A stretch of DNA of 64,000 nucleotides, from assembly GCA_051294905.1 (NCBI GenBank), contig CM119372.1:29576001-29640000 (forward strand), given 5' to 3'. The notes beneath the pieces were generated by a model. The model was not told the DNA's origin. It searched no databases and saw only the letters and a program-made list of their open reading frames with translations. The position numbers and the translations under genes were made by a program. The DNA comes from Botryllus schlosseri (Eukaryota). Positions 12,916-23,789 of this stretch are shown one piece after another; the first letter of the stretch is position 1, and each line of letters opens with the position of its first letter.

Positions 12916-14792
12916 GAATCATGACTATGCGTACTGAGCTGTGTTTTGAGAATATGAATTCTCGCGTAATACACTAAACGTTGAAGTAGATTTCATAACG
13001 TCATCACAGAGGAATCAATCAACTATCTTGCTCTAGGTTGTAGGTTCAATCCCTGTAGTCACCGCATTTCATACGATTCAGCGCTTTTCATATCTTCTAA
13101 TACTTTACTCAGTCTCGTTGAAATAGCATTGTATAGTGTAAGAGTTCATTTTATTTCGAAAAAAGAGCATATCAATGATATCGTCAGTGGCGGCTCGTGA
13201 CAATATCGGGTGGTGGGGCAAGGGCCGCAAGCGACTTGTTATCAATATGACGTCACAGTAGCGTTTTTCAACGTTCATGATGGCCCCATGAATTTCCCGT
13301 AAACAATGATTTTTAACGTAGGTGCCGCGAGAGGTTTGCCGGTGGCGTGACTTGAAGTGCGGTAACAAATGTTTTATTCATTGTTTTTTATTCAAATGAT
13401 TATTTTACAAAATGTACGCGAACTAAGAATCGTTCCCATGCCACGAATCAATCATCAGGTTATCCTTAGTAGCATGCGTTATGATTTCGTGGTAGAGATT
13501 ACGCAAGCGCCGAGTAAGACTATACCAAAAATACACAGACCAACTACCTACAAAGAGCATTCGCATGACACCTTGTGGTGTTTTAATCGTTCCATGCTCA
13601 GCAATTCTGTAAAGTGCTGCAGCGCCTCCGACCCGATTTGTATATGGATTCTCGTCCCGAAAGCGAGTCAAATCGATTTGCCCTCGTCCGAAAGTGTTTG
13701 GTACACGATCCTGATGCGTTACGACCAGGAGATAGGCAATCAAAGCGGTGGCACCCATAAACGTAAAACATTATAAAAAGCCAGCTGTTATCCATGGAAG
13801 ATTGAGCTGATGCGCGTAGCAATGCAAAAAATGCGCATGCGGGTAAACTTCTTTCATTAAAACTTGTACGCTATGTCGCGATCCGCTCATGACTGCTGCG
13901 CCGTCGTAGGTTTGCGCAATAAGTTTCGACTCAACTGAATAGGGCTGTAATGTTTTTTTTAATACGTAAGAAATTCCGACAGCAGTGCGATCGTCAACAG
14001 CCACAAAGCTGTGGAATCGTTCGACTGGCATACCAAATTTCGTGAACCGAAAAATCACGACTAGTTGTGACAAACACGTAATGTCAGTTGTTTTGTCAGA
14101 CTGAATAGATAGAAATTCAGCGTCAACAATCTCGGTAAACAAATGCTGTAGATAGATGTGATATATCGAATCAAGCACATCATTTTGAATAGTCTTTGAG
14201 GTACCCTTAGCTACTGTCGCGGTGTCGAGATGTTCGCGCAAAATGCTATCAATGGAAGCCGTGTATTTAATTAGATCCAAAAATACCCCCCTATTGAGAG
14301 AGCATTCCTTCTCATCGTGGCCTCGAAGGGGCAATTCATGAACTCCAATAAATTTAATGGCATCAATCACCCGAGAGAGAACATGCCTATTCTTATCTAC
14401 AAGCTCATTGTGCTTGCAGACTGATACGCGATAACTTTCATTGAGCTGCGACATTACATTTACTCTGCCAAACAATTTATATTTAACTGCACTAGCCATG
14501 TGCACTTGGGATTTTTGGTGCGTTTTCAGACGCTCTGACAAATGCTTCAGATCGCGATAACCAATTTTGTTCCAACAAGAGCCACTGCTTCCGGTACCGG
14601 CACTGTCGAATAAAAGACAGTAAAAGCAAAACAAGGCGTTTTTATCCTCGCCATAAGTAAGCCATTCATTTTTATCGAAATGCGCTGAAGAAAAGGCACG
14701 AGTGCGCTTTCCTCCGGCGTACGATTGGATCAATGGGCAATTTCTAGGCTGATACGGACCTAGTCGCTTTACCTCTAATTTTTGCTCTAAAG

Positions 14793-16363
14793 CAGGGGTT
14801 CTCAACCCGCGGCCCGCGGGCCGCATGCGGCCCGCAGACGTATATTTTGTGGCCCGCGACATCTTTCATTATAAACGCAATTACTAATGACACGGTATTG
14901 TTACAAATTAATTTAGATACTTAGCTCTTTTATCGCACCGTCTCTGTTTCGTTTGATTACTCATTCTTGAAGACAGTGGTTCTCAAACTGGGGGCACGCG
15001 CCCTCTTTGGTGCGTGAAGCATCTGAAGGGGGCGCGAAGGTGTGGTCAACTGAAAAGAAATTCGCGCTGCGCGCAATTTATCCCTAATTCACTGTTATTT
15101 CTTTGTGTATAGTCCGAATTTCATATTTGAGAATTCTCTGATCAACGGCTATAACCTTCCATGCCATCAAACTAGCCGTTTGTATTGCTAGCATTCTGGT
15201 TGCATTTTGTTATATGACGATAAGGGGGCACGAAATTTTTCCCTATCAAAAAGGGGGGGGGGGCTTGACTAAAAAATGTTTGAGAACCACTGCTTCAATG
15301 TGCTCTCGTTTCTTGATATATGCTCGACTTCAGATTGTTATTGTTTTGAATCATTATTTGGCTGGACTCTGGTTCAAGAGAATCCCGCTTCTTAGTAGGC
15401 CTGCACTTTTAAAGAGTGTTTGACTCACTGCGAACGGTTGTTGAGATTGCCGACGACGTTACAGACGCATCGTTTAAAATTGCTTCGAATATCGCTAAAC
15501 CCAAGAAATTTGATATAGAAGGTGTGATTTCAATAAAATCGTAACATACTTTGCGAATATTTGCTGTTTTCGGAACTTAGCAGCAAGGACAACATCACCA
15601 GACAAATTTCGAAGATGCAATCGTCTGATTCAATCCTGACCAGACGAGTAACATCAATATCAGTCAATCTTTTATCGCCTGTTCTGAAACACGTTGCCGC
15701 GTAGACTACTTTTACGCAGCCTTGGATGAATCCACCGACATTGTATAACTAATTATCTGGTTGAATTTCATCAGAGTGGACATATATGCAGAGAAATACT
15801 GGCTGGGCAAACGTGGGGAGGGGACCAGCGAAAAATATCAACTTGACAAAGCTGACTTCTGTAACTATTGGTACAGTGCCCTAAGCATGAACGGAAAGGA
15901 GAAATGTTGATTGTTTTGCTCAGAAATGCCCCCAAACACCAGATTTCTTCTCATATCACTCAGAGCTCAATGTGATAATGGTCTCTGTAACGCAAAAGTT
16001 ATAGTAATTTTATACTTGCTCGCCCACGCATTGGAACCAAGAGTTCGGCTCTCTGGTGGAAGGATTTGAAGTTGCATATACCGACTTGACAACGAATGTA
16101 ATGCACGCTCCATGAAGGGATTTACATGCGCCGCTAGAAGATACACATTCTCACAAGCAGCAGCTGCAAACTTACGAACGCTGTTCATTATTACTTTATA
16201 ATGCATAGAAATGTACTAAATGCCGGTATACGACTGGTAAATCGACTACAATAGCCTAAATTTAATAGTAGCCCATGAATGCAAGGTAACATAGTTCTGC
16301 GGCCCGCAGCGTCTTTTGCTGTTAAAATGCGGCCCGTTCTACCAGGAAAGTTGAGAACCCCTG
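14793..16363 (+). mobile_element. Charlie/Buster-type hAT deletion derivative
   Basis: TIR caggggttctcaac/gttgagaacccctg; exact TSD ctctaaag; gcggcccgc repeats; decayed transposase remnants (LTRRVT, ALDESTDI). Confidence 0.92.
14974..15292. mobile_element. Small hAT MITE nested in the Charlie-type element
   Basis: TIR cagtggttctcaaac/gtttgagaaccactg; TSD degenerate (cttgaaga/cttcaatg). Confidence 0.8.
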
Positions 16364-17951
16364 CTCTAAAGGCAGCTGGCTAAACGGCGTACGGAGCAAA
16401 GATTCAACACGATTCATGTTCGCACTTGACCTGACTACTTATCTGCAGAAATGGAAATGACTATAAATCGAGAGATTGCGTATGCCTAACTGGAAAGGTC
16501 AACGAGTTCGGACACATACGCAATTGTTATCTCATAGATTGGACAAGGAAATGTCATATTGAATCCAAAACATCATTCTGAAGAACTACGGATAGCAGCC
16601 TCGGAAATTCGGTCCCGGTACAGCTTGGGAGATTCTGGCCTTGAGGCTGGAGACTGTCACACGACACATACGGCTTACGGTCTATAGTGTCTATATGTCT
16701 GCTGCAAAATCGCCTTCGGAAAATATATTACCGAATAAATACGTGGATGAAAGCCGAAAACTTGGTACACTGTTACATGAAATCATCGAGAAGTATAGCC
16801 TCATGACCGTTTTCGGTATGGTACACTGTCAAAAGTAATACGAACAGATCAACGCCGAATTTTGCGTAATATTTACTGAGGAATCGGCTGATCAAGCGAT
16901 CAGCTGTTAGCCGCCATCGAAAACGAAACAGCTATCGCGCTTGACAGGGGTTGTAATTGTGAGCAAATGGCCCGAAGGCCACCATTCCACGGTGAAATTG
17001 ACATTGGAGAATATAAAATAGAACTAAATATTTGAATGCAAACCGAGGATGTTAGTAAACTGTTTCATGATATCATCATCTCATCACCTATCTCAGTATG
17101 GAACACAGATACACCGGCTTTTGCGTGAAATCCGCAATGCGTTAGGTAGTGTCAGATCAGCGCACATCTCTACCATACTCGAACTTAATAACGAAATTGC
17201 TGCCCTAATCATTGAGTGTCAACCTTGAGACTTGGCACAGCGTTCGATACTAAAATCAAGACATACCATGTAAAAGTTCATGACGGATCTAGCTAAGGAG
17301 CATCGTTAAAATCAATGGAGACCAATACCGGCTTTGCGTGAAATATGTTTGCGATACATGACCGATCAGCACACACTCGACTTTGGAAACGGAATTACTA
17401 CCCTAAACTTTGAGTAGAAACCCTGAAACTTAGGACAGTGTTAAATACCACCATCACGACTTGACATACCAAGTTTCAAGAATTATCATGGTGTGAAACA
17501 CCATCAAAATCGACCTGTACCAGCAACGATCGACTCAACGCATATCACGGTATCCGAGTTCAGATATAGATACGATTGTTACATCACACCTTAGGGGCGA
17601 GCAAGCATATTTGCCCCGGTTGCTCGGCCATTTTACGAATAGGAGAGAGTAAAGCAACGTTTCTTAATTGTGCGCAGCTTTGAGAGAATAGATAGTGAAA
17701 GCTTGTTATGAGCGCTACCGGGGCAAGCCCCGGCTAGGCATTCACAAAGCGAAAACACAGAAGAGAATTCGATTTTCGCGGAGACTTCGCTATGTATGGG
17801 CATTTGCAAGCGAAAGCACAAGAAGAACGCGGGTTTCGCTGTGATCTCGATATATATTGAGCGCTGTGCGTCTATAAATGGTTAAATTGTTATTGAACAG
17901 AATTTTAGGTGGGGCAATGCCCCAGTTGCCCTATAGGACGAGCCGCCACTG

Positions 17952-18429
17952 GATATCGTTGATCGTTACTGCGTCGATTCACTTGCTGAAATCCTCCAGA
18001 TCGGTTGATGTTTCGAGGTACACCGCTTTGCTGCCATCCGACACTGCAATCCGAGTTCTTGCGTTCGATCTGACCGTTTTGTATGATGTAGCGATCACTG
18101 GCTTGTAGTACATACGATACGAGCGGAAGGTCGGGATTAGGAACAACTACGCTGGGCGAATAGATGACGAATTCGTCAGCCGGATTCAGAGGTTGATAAT
18201 GCTCGATCCCGTCGCGAGTATACGTAACGACCAAACCTCCTTCATGCTTCAGATTGGCTCGATATTTCTGAATGATCCCGCTTGTGGTATGTACAAAGAG
18301 TTGAGTTGAGGTCAATTCTGCTCCATTCGAGGCTTCGATACGTAATCTTGTGATGTCATTAAAAAGATACAAGTCTTTTCGACAGGGCCCGTGGGGCAGA
18401 ATAGTATCTCCACGGATTGCTAGACTCAT
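17952..18429 (-). pseudogene. Unknown intronless ORF2, left-arm copy; last codons replaced by the hAT insertion
   Basis: MSLAIRGDTILPHG...GGFQQVNRR is near-identical to 28883-29365. The native stop is separated by the insertion at 17951. Confidence 0.6.
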
Positions 18430-18445
18430 TCTTTGAAAAGAAATA

Positions 18446-19027
18446 TCAAACATAAGTACAACAGTCATCACGCAATTCCACCTCGCCATCAAATTTAGTC
18501 GAGCCTCTTCTTATGTTAGGTGTCGCATAACAGACAATACGAATACATTGCAACCCCTTCCGCTTGATGAGAAAAGGAAACGTAGGATAAAACTTTGCAT
18601 GCTCGAGCCAGGGGTCATCGCACGGCAACCAATTTTGAAACAGCCCTACGCACGAGAAACACTTTAAATGATCCTTATAGCCCAAATAGAACAATCCGCA
18701 GTCTGCGAGCTCGGCTCCGGAGGTATTGATATTATCCGGCCACCGCATGAATGTGCTTAGTCTACGAGCATAGCGTGTCATGTTATAGAAAACGGGATCA
18801 TTCAACGGGGAGACAGTTACATCTCTATGCTCCGCATAGCATTCATAAATCTTTTCCCCTCTGTTCTTTATCATAGCTTGGTACTGTTCAATGGGACCCA
18901 TCCGAGTTTCATCTTCGCTTATTTCTATGCTACTTGTGGCACCGATGCAAGCGCAGTTGGATGTAGCGTAATTTGTAGGGTCCACACTACGCTTAGGTAG
19001 CGAATCGCTTTGATCAATGTTCGAAAT
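18446..19027 (-). CDS. Single-BIR-domain (IAP-like) protein, left-arm copy; ancestral ATG appears mutated to ATT
   Basis: RLSTF..WP....LA..GLFY.G..D..KCFSC...NW...DDPW.EHAK.P is a BIR signature. Frame is open from 19027 to the stop. Fourth zinc ligand is Phe. An internal ATG (MGPIEQ) precedes the BIR. May be a pseudogene. Confidence 0.8.
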   Translation of the reverse strand: MSNIDQSDSLPKRSVDPTNYATSNCACIGATSSIEISEDETRMGPIEQYQAMIKNRGEKIYECYAEHRDVTVSPLNDPVFYNMTRYARRLSTFMRWPDNINTSGAELADCGLFYLGYKDHLKCFSCVGLFQNWLPCDDPWLEHAKFYPTFPFLIKRKGLQCIRIVCYATPNIRRGSTKFDGEVELRDDCCTYV

Positions 19028-20054
19028 TGCTATCCGAATTGATATACTCTCATGATCAGTATGCTTTATACAGATATTGAGCTATTCACCGTTGAAACAT
19101 GTGCTTGGTACCGATCGAATGATAGGCCCCCTAGGTCGTATCACGGAAAATAGAACGTCGACTGCTCACAGAAAAAGGCACGTAGCTCATATCCGTTCCT
19201 GGAACGTGTTATCAATAATTAGAATGTTAGTAAGAATGCCACGAGTACAATCACGCGGTGATGATTAATACCTAAAAAATGATTTACTCAACGACATCTT
19301 GACTCATGCGGATTATTAATTTAAAAAAATTGAACTATAGTGTATCGGAACTTAGTTTTACTTTACTGAGATTAGTTGTACTTTTCAACTAACTTGTTGT
19401 CTGTCGATACATTCATTTAATTACGATTCCGAGAAGTCGGATCGATTCCCATAATATAACGATTGAGTGCCGTCCTTTTTTTCACATCTTATACTTTAGC
19501 TGACACTTACTCAGTGTACGAGTTCATTTATTTCGAAAAAGAGCATAATATATCAATATCATTGTGCGTCATTGCATCGATTCACTTGCTGAAATCCTCC
19601 AGATCGTTTGATGTTTCGATGTCGCTTCACGAGTTCCATTCATTGTATCCATATATATCAACAAGCAGCTATGCAAATCCACACCTTACATAACTAGGAC
19701 TCTTGTATGTCATTAACATTATAGACAGCCATTCGACGATATTCAACTGGCATTGATGCTTTTGATACAGCGCAGTATGTATAACGCCACGCTGATCAAT
19801 TCAATTTCAACAATGGGAACCGCGCACGATTATATGGCCGGATTTTCGTTGAATATTGACAACAAACTTTGCTTGCTTTCAAAGCTAGTAACTAAGCATT
19901 TTTCAATATTGACCCTGTGTTCTCGGTTTCTAACTAAAATAGTTCTAATAGTTACTGGGGAGAATTCGCAACCACTTCCATCTCGCTAAATAATTCTCGC
20001 ACACCCCCTATAGCTCGTAAAGATGTCACCAATCATCTGTTCAGAGCAATAAAC

Positions 20055-20968
20055 TAGGGATGGTGTGAACTTGAGGTTCACGTTCGCGTTCTGTGTGTGA
20101 ACCTCAGAAATTTAGAGGTTCACGTTCACAAACGAACCTTGGTAGGTTCTGCACTGTGAACCTTTTTTATATATTACAATTTTAACTTCATTATAACATT
20201 TTTGGTTGAAATTTATTGCATTTCAACTGCGGGCCACTCTAGGCACGGCGCTTGCAGCATGAAAAAAATCAACACTAAACTAGCATGCACCTTGCCAATC
20301 TCAAAGCTTTGACTTGCTTTGTTACAAAAGTTTGCTCGAAATATCCAGATTTCCGTAGTGAATATTTAGTGACTCTCTACTGTAAGCTTGACCCGCAATC
20401 ACACAATATCAAGAGCGAAATACACTACAAGTAGGTAGTCAGTGAATGATGCTTATTCATTATATTCAACCAATCAATGAAATTGATATCGTTGCTTGAT
20501 GTAAAAAATCTAGCAGGCGTACGGAGTCAATCTTGACTTCATATGTTTAATGTATAATGAAAACGATTGGGGTTGGTGCGTTGGCTACTAATGTACAACT
20601 TGTTAATGGGGTAATATTAGTAGCAAGTATAGAAACCCGTTTTACACTCTGCTCAATATCAACGTAGCAATACTCAGACGCCGAATACATTCGCCCGGTC
20701 TGATCTAGACCGTTAAGTCGTAAGCTTATATTCCCTTGCAAGTCCTCGTCGAAATTGTCGGCAAAGCGACGAAAGATTCTGATTTTATGGGACTATTATA
20801 TCATTTGATGGCGCCAGTTGATACATTTGGCGACGTTTATGAAGGGTTGGAATTAGCAAAATGACGTCACGTGACGTCATGAGGTTCACGTTCATGTTCA
20901 CACAGAACCTTTCTAAAAGGTTCGCGTTCACACGAACCTGAACCTTTCAGAGGTTCACACCATCCCTA
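20055..20968. mobile_element. hAT-type MITE with GTTCAC/GTGAAC subterminal repeats
   Basis: TIR tagggatggtgtgaac/gttcacaccatcccta; exact TSD caataaac; absent from the right arm. Confidence 0.93.
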
Positions 20969-21110
20969 CAATAAACACATTTCCACGATGATTTTATATT
21001 CGTAATATACGATAATGCATCATTAATTATGCGAATCATTACCATTTGCGTAGATTAAACATCAAATTCACATATTTAGCGCAATTTGCATATTACGCTC
21101 AACGCCGAAT

Positions 21111-21718
21111 TCATTCAGTTTCACGTTTAATTTCCGGATAAAGTCTTTCGCAGTCGAGAATAGTATCATTCAGTTTTACGAGAACATTTCGGTTGCTGTT
21201 ATATGCTGAAATTAGGTTGAATTTCACATTACATCCAATAGTCCTACAGTTCCCCCGAACTTGGAAAATTGGTGATCGTCCATCGAAACCATTATAGGCT
21301 ACTCTACTTCCCTGAAGAAAAATGAGCAGCAATTCTTATACATCAGTAGCTTTCTACATAAAAACCCCTCCCATTTCAAACAATTTCCCGAATGAAATGA
21401 GTTCAGCATAACGCTCCACTCTTCTCGGGTGAGCTCAGATCGGTAGTAGACAGAAACAATATTATCTTCATATCCAAGACTTGTTGAAATTCCGTGAATC
21501 CCCGCCATTCTCATGTGAATCTCAGTCTCGTGACGCCAAAGAAATTTCTTAAGAAATTTAATGTCATTTTCCTTGCGTCTCTTCTCAAGCTCATACGGAC
21601 GGTAGTCGGATAATATATTTTTCCAGGTAGCCGGATCATTAAGATTCTCCTCTTCATGTCTTAATAGAAGCTCCACCATATTCGTTACAGTTAATCGTCT
21701 TTTCATCCTGCGAGCCAT
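21111..21718 (-). pseudogene. Unknown intronless gene of about 200 codons with one probable frameshift
   Basis: ATG-initiated 139-aa ORF (21299-21718) overlaps a 73-aa ORF in another frame (21111-21332). Protein-like composition; lies inside the Maverick-like element. No family recognised. Confidence 0.5.
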
Positions 21719-22489
21719 TTCTCTGATAGGATACGATACATAACGAATAACATTCGCTATAATATATATTCTGAATAATTTTTTTCCCTATCCATTCTCC
21801 AGGCAATTCACAAAAAAAACTATTTTCCAGAACCCTAAATAAGTGTATATCTAATTCTTTCCGAGGACTCAGACTTAACCTAAATAGAGATCAATCATTC
21901 TTACGGTACCGAAAAAACTAAACAATTCAAAAAGAAAACACAACTAGGCATAAACAAAAATTCTGCCTACATTAAATCAGCATACTCTTACCATCCTTCA
22001 AGTATAATATAGCTCCGCGAAGACAACTCAACCTTTCGTTTACCTTATGTAGCTAATTACAATCCTTCAATGTATAGACTAGTTGATAATAGCTAATTCG
22101 CGACAACACGTACCATAGCAACGTTTCAAAGCCACATGTTTATATTAGATTGTGGCTAATACTATCCTGACAGCTGACAGAGTTAGATAGAGGTTACTAG
22201 CTCTAGTTTTTTTACCAAAACGAAAACTCATCGATACTCAAGTAGAAGTAGAAGGGGCGCCATAAATTTATACTCATAGTTGTAGGATATTATGAAAATA
22301 CACCATACCGAATTTCGTCGGACATTTCCTGATGTAACACCTTTAAAACCAACGCAGTTCTATACAGACTTTTGGCTAAATCTGTTTTAGACGCAATAAT
22401 GTAAGCTGCGTCGGGTGCTGCTATAATGTTAGGAGCGAATATAGTAGAAAGTCCACGTCTGGACGCCTGTAAGCAGGTGCGCATAGTAA

Positions 22490-23789
22490 CAGGGCCGTAA
22501 CTGCCGCACCCCAAACCCCCCAATTGGGGGGGCCCGAGCTCGAAGGGGGCCCAAAATTATTTCATGAATTAGCATAAATTATAGAGTAATTTTTGAAAAT
22601 TTGTACAACTTTTTCACAATTTTTTCGCGCTGCGCGCGATTTCAAGTTGCCAAATTTCTTTATTATTGGGTACTTTTCCCCCAAGAAAAAATACGCAACA
22701 TTTATAGAAATGGGCATATTAGCGTTGGCCATTACCGCGCCACGACGAACCAAGACGTATAAAGTCTTGGACCATGCAATATGCGATTCCAAGAAGTGTG
22801 CCAGAACGATCGGCAGCGAGAAAACTTCGGCCGAAAGGGACTGCCCTTATACTGACCGAAAACTTCGTTATATATACAAATTACACATAGGTTTTGTCCA
22901 TAGGTGCCTGAATGACTGGCGCCGAATGTCATGGCAACCTGAACCTTAGAAGACAAATACCATCCCGCAGAGAAAAATGATATGGCAATGAAGAAATACC
23001 AATTTGAAATCGTGTGTACTTTTAGTTTAGTACGTTTGGGCGATTCTATTTTTTTTTTGATATAGCAGACAGGAGGTCACAAAATAACATCATTTAACGA
23101 TGTCATACCAACGGGTACGCCCGCCCGAATATGTTTAATTATTATTTACGGGCTCTAAAGTTTCGAAGACACCTCACTAAGCTATACCGGTATGAGTAGA
23201 GAGGACAAGAAATTTATAGCAATATATATGCAATTCCCGACCTTATTGACCGATTTATCATGAATTATCGAAAATTTTCGCGCATGGCGCTGGCTCACGA
23301 AACGGTACCACTATAACTTCGTGGTAAAAGTGAACAACGTGATGGGGGACGGTTTATCACCTATTAGAAGCCCATGACTCAAGTTTTGTGGGGGTGCTGT
23401 TTCGTTCCTGTGAACGGGTATACACCCGGAGATGTTTAACTATTTTCGAGGGTTCCTACCTTTTCAAACACACCTCACTCAGCTCAACCGGTAAATCAGA
23501 TTACGTGAGTAGAGAGAGGGTAAAAATTAATAGCAATATATATGCACTTCCCGATCATATTGACCGATTCATTCATGAACTATAGAAATTTCTTCGCGCT
23601 TCGCGCGGTCAGCCGAGTAAAGCTAACACACCCAACGGACACCCAATGTAGATGACATGTAGCGGTAAACAGTGTACAGCCTGAGGGGGGTCTGAGGGGC
23701 GAAGCCCCCCACAAGTAAGGTTTACCACCATATGGGGGGCCCAAGACCAACGTTTTGGAGGGGGCTGACGAAGTGCTGTTACGGCCCTG
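22490..23789 (+). mobile_element. hAT-type MITE, family C
   Basis: TIR cagggccgtaac/gttacggccctg; exact TSD catagtaa. Confidence 0.93.

Larger units (their letters stand above)
13771..16417 (-). pseudogene. hAT transposase (TTF-type zinc finger/DUF4371, ZMYM1-like), interrupted by a MITE and C-terminally truncated
   Basis: Removing 14793-16363 and one TSD copy joins MNRVESLLRTPFSQLPLE to QKLEVKRLGP in frame. Motifs WLTY..LFCFYCLLF..H..S..H, LPLRGHDE, SDKTTD, YDGA, HCYAHQLNL. hAT similarity stops after LNL. Confidence 0.9.
13185..17951 (-). mobile_element. hAT transposon, internally deleted, inserted in the left arm
   Basis: 14-bp TIR cagtggcggctcgt/acgagccgccactg; exact TSD gatatcgt (13177-13184, 17952-17959). 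The empty site is visible in the right arm at about 29353-29360. Confidence 0.95.

Noticed and set aside
13771..14862. 363-aa ORF as an intact transposase
   Set aside because: Its first ~24 residues come from the inserted MITE end. The true start is at 16417, and the third catalytic residue and dimerisation domain are missing.
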